A DNA stretch of 64,000 nucleotides from Hyaloraphidium curvatum SAG 235-1. Its lineage: Eukaryota; Fungi; Monoblepharomycota. Shown piece after piece: positions 1 through 11,521 of this stretch. Under the pieces are notes generated by a model. That model was not told the origin of the DNA and searched no databases. It worked only from the letters and a program-made list of their open reading frames with translations. The stretch is taken from positions 124,001 to 188,000 of the forward strand of contig JAIVFI010000019.1 of NCBI GenBank assembly GCA_025558095.1, given 5' to 3'. The position numbers and the translations under genes are program-made. Positions within the stretch are counted from its first letter, which is position 1. Each line of letters starts with the position of its first letter.

Positions 1-1899
1 CGTCGTCCTCGCCAAGGGCGGGAAGCCCATCGTCGGCCACCTCTACGACGCAAAGTCGCTCGCCAACATTAACCGGAGGCTCGAGTACGAGCTCGAGCGG
101 ATCAAGGAATACGGCCTCGTTCGGAGGGTCACCGTCTGGCCCATCTTCAAGCCTTCGCTCGATGTCATAATCAGCAACAACCCGGCGGACATTACGCACA
201 TCCACTCGGACCCGTACCTGTGGGTCAAGGACGCCGAAAGCGACAACACTTTCGAGCCGCTGCTCGGGGAGGGCATTTTCAACTCGGACGGGTGGGGAAC
301 CAGCTTGCCTTTCGACGCGAGCCGTGTGCTTAGGTCATATACCCTTCTTTGCAGCCACGCGTGGTCGGCTTCGCGGAAAATCGCGTCGAAGCTCTGTGGG
401 TTGCCCGTCCGGCGCCGCCGCGCGAGGCCTCGGGGCCCCGCTCACTCCAAACCCCGCAGTCACCCTCAAGGGCTTCCGCGACTACTTTTCCGGCGACTTC
501 ATCAACGAATGCGATCACCTGTCGGAGCATCTGCGCGCCGCCGCCGATGCCGGCGCCGTCGTCGACCTCCAGGACCTCCTGCTCCGTTGCACCCTCGATT
601 CGTTCACCCGCCTCGCGCTGGGCAAGGACCCGAAGTCCCTCTATGGCAAACCCATCATCAAGGACGGCCGGTACTCGCTGCCGCCATCTGAGTTCATGAA
701 CGCTTTTGATCAGCTCATCCTGCTGTGCTCGATGCGCGGCGCGGACCCCCTGTGGCGCTGGACGGAGCACCTGAACGGGAGGCGCAAGCAGGTCGAGCAC
801 TGCGTCAAGATCGTGGACGGCTTCGCGTACCAGGTGATGAAGGAGAAGAGGGCGGCGCTCGAGAAGCGGGGGGAGAAGAAGGAGGGCAGCTCGCCGGACG
901 ACGACCGTATGGACCTTTTAGATTTCTTCCTCTCCGCCCGCAACGACGATGGCTCGCCGCTGACGGACCGTCAGCTGAGGGATGCTGTCTTGTGAGTTGG
1001 CTCTCGCGTGCGAGAAACGGTCAATCTTGACCCACCCAACCGCAGGAACTTCCTGATCGCCGGGAGGGACACCACCGCGCAGACGCTTAGCTGGTGCTTT
1101 TGGGAAATTGCGCAGCGCCCCGACGTCGAGGCCAAGCTTCGCGAGGAAGCCATGCGCGTGCTCGGCAAGGACGGCAAGACGACCTACGAGACGCTCAAGG
1201 ACCTGCCCTACGCCTACTCGGTCTTCAACGAGACGCTGAGGCTGCACGCCAACGTGCCCGCGCAGGGCAAGACGGCCACGGCGGACACGGTGCTTCCGGG
1301 GTCGGGGATCAAGATCGACAAGGGGATGATCGTGGGGTGGAACAACTGGGCGATGGGGCGCCTGACCGAGGTCTGGGGCCCGGATGCGGAAGGCAAGTCG
1401 AGCGTTGCGACTCTAGTTGAAGACAACGCTGACTTTGGAACGCAGAATTCAAGCCCGAGAGGTGGATGCTCGAGGAGGGCGGCGTCATGAAGCAGAACTC
1501 GCGCGTCAAACACTACGTCTTCAACGGCGGCCCGAGGCTCTGCCTCGGCATCAACTTTGCGCAGCAAGAGGCCACTGGTGAGCGGAAGCGGGATGATTGC
1601 CGTCTTTGGCTAACTGGTTGGCAGTCTTCCTTTCCACTCTCATTCGCCGTTTCAAGCTGACCCTCGTGAACGAGGACGATCCCACCAAATGTGTGCTTTT
1701 CGTACATTTCCTCTGCCGCGGGCTCACGAGTCTTTATAGGGGGCAACTGGAACGAGGACCCGGCCAAGCGCGACGGCCGATACACTCTTGGCGTGTGAGT
1801 GGTTTCGCTTGCGGTCCTGGGCGCTTTTCCCTGATCGCCGGGATCTCCAGGACGCTTGGACTTCGCGGAACGGTCGATTTCGCAGTGCAGACGTTGTGA
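1..1899 (+). CDS. Cytochrome P450 (CYP86/94/704/52-like fatty-acid hydroxylase type), 5'-truncated by the window edge, multi-exon
   Basis: I-helix NFLIAGRDTTAQ, K-helix ETLRL, PERW (after splicing) and heme motif FNGGPRLCLG, spread over ORFs 324-995, 1008-1490 and 1466-1660 and separated by short introns. Confidence 0.93.
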
Positions 1900-1976
1900 G
1901 TTGTATTTGGATTCAAGAAGTTGTCTTCTGTGCCACGCTGGCATCCAAAGGCCGTTCTCGTCCGAAGATTGGAGCC

Positions 1977-2885
1977 TTACAAGCAATCCGGAGGAGCACT
2001 GGCCCTCCGAAAGACTCGGAATGACTGCTTGAACCACCGATACTGAGCCTGTTCCCTCCCTAAAGCCGTGGCATCCACCACTTCCTCCATATCCCTCTCC
2101 TTCATCCTCGCAGCGACGTACTCGGGAGGCCGCTCGTTGACGTGGTTATGGCCGCCCTGTCTAGGCAAAGCCCAGCTGAGAACGACGCCGCAAGTAGCAT
2201 GGCGATCGAGATTGTCCAGAAAGATGGTTTCGAACTCTTGCGGAAGATGCTCGGCGACCTCGAGCGACATGACCCAATGAAAAGGCTTCGAACGGACCAG
2301 CTGGGGCACCGAGAGATCGGCCCATTCTACGAAGCCGTTGGTGAACTCGGGTACGTTGAGGGCGCCGTCGATGCCGCGCCAAGAGAGGCTGGCGTTGTGC
2401 TGCCGGAAGAAAAGTCCGTACTGAGTGACGTGTCAATGACCGACTCTTCATTGGAGGTCCATTACGGCGCGGCTCACCTGGCCGATGCCGCAACCTACGT
2501 CGAGTATCTCTTGTCCAGGTTTGAAAAACTCCATGAGGAACGAAGCCAGGCCCGGGTCGGCCACGACATGGAAGGTTGGACTCATCGGGTAGCCGGGAGC
2601 GACCTCGAACCCTCCGTCCGCGAAAAGACACCACTGTCCGGCAGAGGAAACATCGTGTGCCGATTTGCAGTACGCTGAAGCGTACTGCTTCCTCAGTGAG
2701 TCCAGCTGGTTGCTCAGCAGCCTCGCCCGGACCGCATTGTACAGGCACGCGTCGTCGCGAGCAGGGCGAGCCGGCGGAGGCACAGATGGTCCCGTCGACG
2801 AAAGAAGGGAGAAGGCAAAGGAAAGCAACGCAATGGAGAGGAGGATAGCCGGAAGGAGTGGCCGCAGGGGTGCGAGCATCGCCAT
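1977..2885 (-). CDS. Class I SAM-dependent methyltransferase with N-terminal signal/anchor, spliced
   Basis: Hydrophobic N-terminus; motif I ILDVGCGIGQ; downstream SLEVAEHLP...VVLSWALPRQGGHNHVNE. Confidence 0.8.
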
Positions 2886-3012
2886 GTTTTGGTGAGGCGT
2901 CGTTGGGTCACACGCACGCGCGACAAACGACGACGGTTGGCCCCGCTCACCTTTTCACGAGGTCTAACGCCCTGTACGAGGGCTCGACACGTACGCGTTG
3001 GCTAGATCAACC

Positions 3013-4122
3013 ATGAGCAACAACGGACTGGGCGCGCTCGCGGTCCTGCCGAACGAGATCCTGCTCAAAGTCTTCGGAAAAGCGACCGACCTTCGCGACC
3101 TTCTGAAGCTGCGGCACGTCTCTCGCACCCTCCGTTGGCTCATGGCGACTCCTTTGCTGTGGAGGCGATTGGACGTGGACCTCGAGCTGCATTTTGTGTC
3201 GTTGGGAAACCTCCGGGGCCGGCTCCTGGACCTCCGGCAGGTGGCTACTTCGAGCGGATCTCTGGCAGTTGAGGAATGCCACATTTCCGGCGAATACGAG
3301 AGCCGCTTTGACTATGCCGGTGCCGCCCTTCGCGACACGCAGTCAAAGACGATCGGATCTTTGAACATGACGGGGATGGTCGTACTGTCGGCCGACTTCC
3401 TCTCGGCGTGCTGGCCTAACCTGATCAACTTGAAACTCGAGTACTTCAACCCTGAATTCAGTGATGTCGACTGGAGACAGCTCTTTTCTCGCATTTTTTC
3501 GAACTGCCCGAAGCTTCGCTACCTAGACTTCACGATCGTCGAGTGGGACGGGGATCCTATCGATGACGCCTATGACAACGTGTTTCCGGAGCACGCTACG
3601 TCTTCCATTCAGCATTTTGCTCTCTACGCAAGCGGTTCCTCACAGGTGGTCGTGCAGTGCGAGGCCGCCGCACGCGTTATGCCTCAGCTGAAGCACCTCG
3701 AGATCACCGACCGTTACCGCAGCGAGGACCTTCCCGATGGTGAAGCTGCTTACAGCGCGCTTCTTCGTGCCGTTCGTGCATTCGACAAGCTGGAAATGCT
3801 CTCGTACATCGACGACGAAGCCCTTCACGGGTTCGAACTCTACCTCTTCCTGGAAGCCCTGGGCAAGGAGCCGATCGCTAGCAACCTGAAAACGATCAGC
3901 ATCTCGGCCGATGACGCCGCTTTCTCCAACGTCTCGATGCTGCGCCGTGCTCTGGACGACGTCTTCTGGGGCCGCGGAAAGATGAAGGACGAGTTCGGTC
4001 TGGCGCTCTCGAAGCTCGAAAAGATCGAAGTGGTGCTCCACGCCCATCCCTTCGACAGAAAGCAGAGGCACGTTGCAACTGGGATCGGGAGGTTCGAGAC
4101 GATTGTCGAGACCACGACATAA
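3013..4122 (+). CDS. F-box protein with LRR-like C-terminal region, intronless
   Basis: LAVLPNEILLKVFGKATDLRDLLKLRHVSRTLRWL F-box pattern, followed by CPKLRYLDF / MPQLKHLEI LRR-like repeats. Confidence 0.75.
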   Translation: MSNNGLGALAVLPNEILLKVFGKATDLRDLLKLRHVSRTLRWLMATPLLWRRLDVDLELHFVSLGNLRGRLLDLRQVATSSGSLAVEECHISGEYESRFDYAGAALRDTQSKTIGSLNMTGMVVLSADFLSACWPNLINLKLEYFNPEFSDVDWRQLFSRIFSNCPKLRYLDFTIVEWDGDPIDDAYDNVFPEHATSSIQHFALYASGSSQVVVQCEAAARVMPQLKHLEITDRYRSEDLPDGEAAYSALLRAVRAFDKLEMLSYIDDEALHGFELYLFLEALGKEPIASNLKTISISADDAAFSNVSMLRRALDDVFWGRGKMKDEFGLALSKLEKIEVVLHAHPFDRKQRHVATGIGRFETIVETTT

Positions 4123-4187
4123 ATGACATCGGGCGAGGAGAAAGGAGCAGCGTCCGGTGTCTATATTAGATAGGACAAAGATGAAGT

Positions 4188-5437
4188 TCAGGAGAAGTCG
4201 GTAACCACTTTCCTGCCTATGATAGTCCCCTTCTCGAGCTCCTCGAAGATGTGCGGCACCTCGGACAGCTTGCAAGTGGAGGTGATCGGCCGCACTTTGC
4301 CCTCGGCAACGAGCTTCACGGCCATTTCGGCGTCCTGCGTCCGAAAAAACTAAGTGAGTAACCTGGACGACTGGAAGAGGGTAGATGCGGTACACTGACC
4401 TCCGGGTTGCCAATTTGACTGCCAATGATCTTCATGTCATTGACAAGGATCGTCAAGGGCGTGAGTTTGATGTCGCCTTCCACGATGCCTGGGAAATATC
4501 CAGTTCAGCAGCAATTGGAGGCTTGAGACAACCCACATGAAAGACTCACCAAGGAAAACGATAGCTCCGCCGCCGCGCATGCAGCTGGGAGCGTTCTCGA
4601 ACGCTATCGGCGCCGTAGTGACCAAAAGGTGGGCGTCCAATCCCCCGTCGGTGGCCTTCTTGACCTCCTCGCCCAGGTTCGCCCCCGCCTTCCTCGCGTT
4701 CACCAGCACGTCGGCTCCGACGGCTTTTGCCTCCTTCAGCTTCACGTCGTCCACGTCGATCGAAGCGACCTTGTACCCCAGCGCCTTGGCGACCTGAATC
4801 CCCATCAACCCCAGGCCGCCGGCACCCGAGAACCCGATCCAGCCTCCGGCAGGCGGATTCGCGCGGCGGATGGCGGCCGTCATCGTCGCCCCGGCGCAAC
4901 CACAGGGTCCAGCCTGCTCGAAAGTGACGTTGTCCGGTATGCGGACGATCGCCTTGGGATTGGCGACGACGTATTCGGCATAGCAACCCCAAATATCGAT
5001 TGCATGGGCTTTCTTCTTCGCGCACTGGAGCTTGAGGTCCCGCTGGCAGAAACCGCAATCCCCGCAGCTCCCGCCGAACATGGGAACGAAGACCTTGAGC
5101 AACGTCGTCAGAGCCACAGAGTGGGGTCAAAGCCACAGAGTGGGCAAAATCGTCAGTCAGAGCCACAGAGCTGTCGAGGCACAGCTCAACCAACCCGATC
5201 TCCCACGGCCCAGCCTTCGGCCTTGCTGCCGACCTGGGCTATCGTCCCCGAGCCCTCATGGCCCAAGACATGGGGGAACGAGAGGCCGGGGAATCCCACT
5301 CGCGAAAGGAACTCGTCCGTATGACAGACGCCGCAGGCTTCGACCTTGACGAGGACCTGATCGTCCGCGATGGTGGGCGTCTGGATCTGCTCCACCTTCA
5401 GCGGCAGCCCGATCCCGTGCATGACCAGCGCGGTCAT
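4188..5437 (-). CDS. Zinc-dependent alcohol dehydrogenase (MDR family), multi-exon; a short upstream exon is possible
   Basis: CGVCHTD, GHEGSG, structural Zn motif CGDCGFC...C, and Rossmann GAGGLG. Confidence 0.92.
5107..5170. repeat. Three near-identical copies of GTCAGAGCCACAGAG(TGGG) inside an ADH intron
   Basis: Copies at ~5107-5125, 5126-5144 and 5156-5170. Confidence 0.8.
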
Positions 5438-5752
5438 TGTCTAGAAACATAGGCCGAAAATGTCACATCGAGCGAGGGGTGGAACGTGGTTCGCGCCAAG
5501 TTCGTGGCGAACCGCCGGGGAGACATTGTCCCGTTCCGGCGTTCAGAGTCGAGGAGAACGCGACCACGAGGCAAAACAGGGTGCAACTTCAGATGAATGA
5601 CACTTATGGATATCCGTCAAGGGCTGACCTTCGGGATTGCCATCGTGGATGTCGTGTTCACGTTGTTTTCGGGACGCTTGCCGAGGGAGCTTTCGCGTAA
5701 ACCCTTGCCGAGCTAGCTCCGAGTTCATTCATTCATCGACATCCAACTTTCG

Positions 5753-7655
5753 TTACATCCGAGCCTGCGGCTCCCGAACAAGGTTCCATTCGTCCCAGAT
5801 CGGTGCCGCGATCGAATCCATGTACGCTTTCCCGGGGCCAGGGAAGTGCGCATTGATAAATCCTCCTTTTCCTTTGTACCAGCTGAAGCAACCGCGATCA
5901 GCGCCTCCAATCAAGGCGGCGAGCCGTGCGTTGCTCACCCTCCGCAGCTGGCGTGATAAACGTAACCCTTCAATCCTTCCTGGCAGAACTTGTTGTAGGC
6001 GTCCTGCGCTTCCTTCTTCGGCTCCGCAATCAAGACGCCCTGCTGCAGCTCCATGATGACGGCGAGGGCGTAGTTGATCTGCTGCTCGACGAAAATGTGG
6101 ATGCTGTTTGACGCGACCGGTGCCTGGGGTCTGGGATGTGTCAGCAATATCTTCAACGAGTGCCAGAAAGCCAGCCCAACCCCATCGTCATGAAGTAGTT
6201 CGGCAGGTTGTTGACCGAGACGCTGCGGTATCCCATCGCGCCGTCGTCCCACATCTCCTTGAGCGTCCTCCCGTCCCTCCCGGTGATGCGAATCCAAGGT
6301 GTGTAGGTCGTGTCGAAGCCCGTAGCTAGTGGGCAAGGAGGAAAAGTGAGTAATGACCCCGCGAGGATCGCGAGGCAGAACCCACCACAACAGATCACGT
6401 CCACTTCGTGCAGCTTGCCCTCGGCGACAATGCCCTCGGGCACGATCTTCTCGATCACGTCCCCGACCACGACCTCGACGTTGGGCGCCTCGATGACGTC
6501 GAAGAACACGTCCGACGGCGTCAGGCGGCGGCATCCGACGGGGTAGTTCGGGATCAGCTTGGCCCGCAGCACGGGGTCCTTGACCTGCTCGAACTTCTTG
6601 AGCGCGTTGGCGCGGAACCGCTGCTGCAGCTTCGAGTCGGGCTTGAACAGGTTCGAGCGCTTCTCGCCGCCGATCCAAAACTCCTTGAGGTAGTTGCGGA
6701 AGAAGGCGGGGTCGCGGAACTGGGCGCGCTCCTCCTCGCTCAGGACCAGGTTGGCGGAGTAGTCCGTGATGTAGGTCGGGGTGCGCATGAAGAAGGACAT
6801 TTTGGCGACGTCGGGCTGCAGTCCGCCGATGAGCTGGAGGCCGGAGCTACCGCAGCCAATGACCGCCGCGCGCTTGCCCTTCATCGGGTAGTCCTTGGGC
6901 CACCTGGCCGTGTGCAGGACGTCGCCCTTGAAGGAAGAGAGTCCGGGAATGTCGGGCATCTTGGGCCGGTTCAGCGGGCCGTTGCCGTTGATCAGGGCAT
7001 GGCAAAAGTCCTGACGGATCTCGCCCGTGGTGGTGTCCTTGATCTCCAGGCGCCAGACGGCCCCGCTCTCGTCCCAAGTGGCAGAAACCACCTCCGAGTT
7101 GTACGAGCAGATCCGGTCAAAATCCAGGACATTGCCGACCTTCTTCAGGTAGTCCCAGATGTCAGGGCTCTTCGCGTACCCCGACGTCCAGTCGTGCGAC
7201 AGGAACCGAAACGAATAGTAGTGGCTCGGAACGTCACTGGTCGTCGGAAGGAGTAGGCGCGAGTCCGAGGAGGGCCATGAAGCAGTCAGAGGGGACCAAG
7301 CAGGCCCATCGCAGCAAGGCACCCACCACCTGCAGCCCGGGTAGCGATTTTCCCACCAAGTCCCACCTAGTTCCCCATTCTTCTCGTAGACTTGCAGATC
7401 CACGTTCTTCAGCCTCCAGCGGGCGAGCACCGAGAAGGTGAGCCCCGACACGCCCGCGCCGATGTGCACGACGCGGATCCTCCGCAGCTTGCCGACGGGC
7501 AGGCGGTACTTGGGCGCAGGCGAGAGGGCAAAGTCCGCGGTCTCGGCGGCCGTGACGGTCAGCGGGTCCGGGTCGACATCGGGGTTCAGAACCGTGGAGT
7601 CGGTAATGGCCTTCGGATAGAGGAACGGCGGCGGCGAGAGAGACTTGGACGACAT
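5753..7655 (-). CDS. Baeyer-Villiger/FMO-type flavin monooxygenase, multi-exon
   Basis: GAGVSG, GGTWWENRYPGC..DVPSHYY, BVMO fingerprint FKGDVLHTARWP, GCGSSG, ATGFD. Confidence 0.92.
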
Positions 7656-7849
7656 CGCGCCGAGCAACTGTGTCCCTTCGACTGCAGGCCTTACGGAGCC
7701 TTCCGCTGGGATGGAAGATGGCGCCACGCACGAGGGAGACAGTCGGCGGTCTTCGCCGCGCCCTGCAGGCAGGCTGGCCCCCGCAACCCCTTCTGAGAGG
7801 TGCGGCAAATCACCTCGATCCTTCTCTCCCGGGGCGCTTCGGCGGCGCA

Positions 7850-10057
7850 ATGCCCTCCCTGACGACTGCCGAGGTTGCGGCGCACTCGAGCGAGAACGTG
7901 GGCGCCGCCCCCTGCCCGTGTCGAGGCCCGGGACGTCGCTGACTGGCAATTTGCCCCCGACGTCTCCCTCCTGTCCTTCTGCTCTCTCCCTACCGGCGCT
8001 GCTCCCTCTCCGGATGCGATCGCTGACGTCGGCCCACCAACCAGGATGCCTACATCATCGTAAAGGGTAAGGTCTACGACGTGTCCAAGTTCGCGGCCGA
8101 GCACCCCGGCGGCAAGAAGATCCTCCTGAACGTCGCCGGCAAGGATGCCTCGAAGCAGTTCGCCACCTTCCACTCCCCCGCCGTGGAATTGCAATGGCTG
8201 CCCAAACTCTATGTCGGCGACCTCGTCTCGGCGCTCCCGGCGCCGGCCGCAGGAGGAGCGGTGGCCGAAAAGAAGAAGAACCAGTGGCTGACGGGCGACA
8301 ACGAGGTCTTTGGGGACCTCGCGCCCTTCTGCGAGCCCGCCTGGTACCAGGACAACTGTGAGGATCGCTGCTGTGGGAACCTGCCATCCGATGCTCACAT
8401 GGATGTCTCCGCCAGACACACCGTACTACACCGAATCCCACCGCAAGCTCCGCGCCTTCATGCGCAGCTGGGTGCAGGAGCACATACTGCCCCAGGCGGA
8501 GGAGTGGGAGGAGCGGGCGGCCAGGCACGGCGAGTACCTGCCCAAATCGGTCCACCAGGCGGCCGGGCGGGCGGGCATCCTCCGCGCGATCGCGGGGCCG
8601 GCGTCGTGGGGCAAGGGGAACTCGGTCGGGAAGATACCCGGGGTGCCGGGGCTGCCGGCGGGGATCCCGAAGGGCGAGTTCGACATGTTCCACGGTCGGT
8701 CGTCAAAAGGGCCAACGTCGCGCAGGATCTCATGCCGCTGCCGACCAGAGCAAATCGTGTGGGACGAGCTCCTCAACAGCGGGAACCAGGGCCTGATTTC
8801 GGGCATCACCATCGGCGCCGCCTTTGCCGTGTCTGCGGTTGCCAAGTACGGCAGGGACGAGTTGGTCAGGAAGGTCGTGCCGGAGGTAATGAGGGGCGAC
8901 GAGCAGATTGCTCTCATGATGTGAGTTGTCGGCACCTTGTGGCAACCTTTCGTCTGACACGTTCCTCTTCAGCACCGAGCCCCACGCCGGATCCGACGTC
9001 CAAGGGATCCAGACCACGGCCAAGCTCTCGGATGACGGGAAGCACTTCATCGTCAACGGCGAGAAGAAGGTGCGCAGACACAGCAATTCCATCCCGCTCG
9101 ATCCTGTCATAGTTGTTGCCGGCAGTGGATCACGAACGGCAACTACGCCACCTACTTCGCAACTGCCGTCCGCACCGGCGGCGCCGGCGGCGCCGGCATC
9201 TCCATCCTCCTCCTGAAGCGCGGCCCCGGCCTGACAACGCGGCACGTCCACACGGCGTCGAGCGTGCTGGCGGGCACCGCGTACGTGTCGCTGGAAGACC
9301 ACGTGGTGCCGGTGGGGAACGTCGTGGGGGAGCTGAACGGCGGGTTCAAGGCGCTCATGCGTGGGTGCTTTGCGGATGCTCGGGGTTCGGGACTGTGCTG
9401 ATGGCTCGCGCAGTCAACTTCAACCGGGAACGCCTCACGCTCTGCAACCAATCCGTGCGCATGAGCCGGGTGGTCTTTGCCGATGCCCTGCACTACGCGG
9501 TGCGCCGTCCTGCGCTCGCTTGCACGTTTCGCTGACCCCGGTCCGCAGCACCGCCGCAAGACCTTTGGCAAGAACCTCATCGAGCACCCCGTCATCCGGG
9601 ACAAGTTCGCGCAGATGGCGCGGCAGATCGAGGCCACGGCCGCGTGGCTGGACTTCATCGTGTACCAGATGGACAGGTTCCCGGACGCGATCGCCGACAC
9701 GAGGCTGGGCGGGCAGTGCGCGCTGCTCAAGCTGCAGGGGACGAGGACGTTCGAGTACTGCGCCAGGGAGGCGTGCCAGATCATGGGTGGGATAGCGTAC
9801 ACGCGCGGTGGGCAGGGCGGGAGGGTAGAGCGGTGGGTGGCTGATCGTGGAGAAGCGTGTGCGTCTTGCTGATTCGTCTCGCGCAGAATGTACCGCGAGG
9901 TCCGCGGCGTGGCGATTCCCGGCGGCTCCGAGGAGATCATGGCGGATCTCGGGCTGCGACAGAGTCTGAAGTGGGTCTCGGTGGTGTGACTGAGCTCGCT
10001 AGATCTGACGCCGACGTCGCATGCAGGGCTGCCGAGCTGGCCGGGGCAACACTCTAG
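7850..10057 (+). CDS. Cytochrome b5 - acyl-CoA dehydrogenase fusion, multi-exon
   Basis: KVYDVSKFAAEHPGG...AGKDA (cyt b5 heme motif); TEPHAGSDV, NGEKKW, RKTFGKNLIEHPVIR, QIMGG, IPGGSEEIM (ACAD). Confidence 0.92.
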
Positions 10058-10126
10058 ACGCCACTAATCCACACTATTGGGACGTACAGACAGCATGATG
10101 CCAAAAAGAAAAATGCGACAATCGAG

Positions 10127-11077
10127 CTACAGAGAAGCAGATCCGCGCAGGCACAACTCCACGACCCACCGCACCTCCCCCACCCCTTCTACCGTCCCCG
10201 TCCGCACCGTCGCCCCCTCCTCCAAACCCGCTTCCAACAACCCCTCGATCTCTTCCGCCCTCGCAAAGGGCATTCCCCCCTTGACCGCTCCCCACGCATC
10301 CGTCCTCGCCCACCTCCCCCCCGCGAAATCGAACCGCACCGCCGCGAATTCGCCCTCCCCGGGGCGCCCCTTGCCCAGCTGCACCAAGCATACCGGGTGC
10401 AGTAAGAGCACGAGACCGTGCAGCGTGCCGCGGTCTGTGCCGGCGAAGGGGGGGGAGCGGCAGGTGATCGCCAGGGCGGAGGGGGAGGAAGCGGGGGGAG
10501 GGGAGGGGGGTCGGTGCTCCCAGATCTCCGTGTCTGTGAACGAATGGCGGTCAGCGTGTGTCACGAGCGAGGAGCTGGAAGGTGCAAGCCCACAGGTGCC
10601 GTCCTCGCCGTCTTCGACCATGGTGAACCTCCCGTCCCCGGCCTGCGACTCCGCCTCGAGGCGCACCCAGAAGCGCTGCCTCCGCGATTCCCACTTCCCC
10701 CGCGCGTCGACAAAGTGGTCCAGCGTCATCAGCATTCTCTTTGGCCTCGCGTCCCACAGGCGCCGTTCCGCTTCCTCGCCGGACAGCTGCGGCGCGTCCG
10801 GCGCGTTCAGCCCCGCGAGCCCCGAGAACGCCATTCTCCCGCCCGTCGGCGACCCCGCATCGCGATCGCCTTCCAGCGGAAACCGATGCGTGGCGCTCCA
10901 TGCGCGTCCATCGCGTCCGACGGCGACGAGCCAGAGGGCGTCGTCGCGTTCCGTGCCGGCCGAGAACAGCTCGCCGGGGAGCGTGCGCCGCAGCGGGCTG
11001 TCCGCCGGCGCGTGGAGCTGCAGCTTCCGGCGGCGGAAGATGCCGGAAAAGTACGGAGGGAGCGCCGCGGACGCCAT
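10127..11077 (-). CDS. Hypothetical protein
   Basis: Open frame starting MASAALPP with globular-looking composition, located between two recognisable genes. Confidence 0.5.
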   Translation of the reverse strand: MASAALPPYFSGIFRRRKLQLHAPADSPLRRTLPGELFSAGTERDDALWLVAVGRDGRAWSATHRFPLEGDRDAGSPTGGRMAFSGLAGLNAPDAPQLSGEEAERRLWDARPKRMLMTLDHFVDARGKWESRRQRFWVRLEAESQAGDGRFTMVEDGEDGTCGLAPSSSSLVTHADRHSFTDTEIWEHRPPSPPPASSPSALAITCRSPPFAGTDRGTLHGLVLLLHPVCLVQLGKGRPGEGEFAAVRFDFAGGRWARTDAWGAVKGGMPFARAEEIEGLLEAGLEEGATVRTGTVEGVGEVRWVVELCLRGSASL

Positions 11078-11521
11078 GTCGTGCCGATGCGGGTGGAACG
11101 GCGATCTGCAAGTCCAGAACCGCCTTGATCCCAAGCAACTGAGCAGATCCCGGGCAGTTTCGTGCAGCAGGGCTTCTCCTTCATTGTATTCCAGGTTTCA
11201 GTCTCGATCGGCGCCGCCTCCGCTCGTTGACGCATCGCCGTGGGGGACAGGTCCTTGCCTCCGGCGGAAAGTTGACTCGCCCTTCGCCTCCACAGGTCCG
11301 CCACACACTCCAGCGGGCTATCAGAGGCTCGAAGCGGCGTGAAATCCGGCGAGACAGCCGCAGAGAGTGCCAGCCAGCCAGCGGAGGTGCGACGGAGCCC
11401 GTCTGCCCGCTGCCTGGGGCCCCTCTGACGTTGCTGGCCGCCCCCCCCGCCCCTCCCGTGCCCCGGCCTCGCGTCCCGCAGCACCCGTTCCTCGGTCTCA
11501 GCCTCTCATTGCCCTCGCAAG

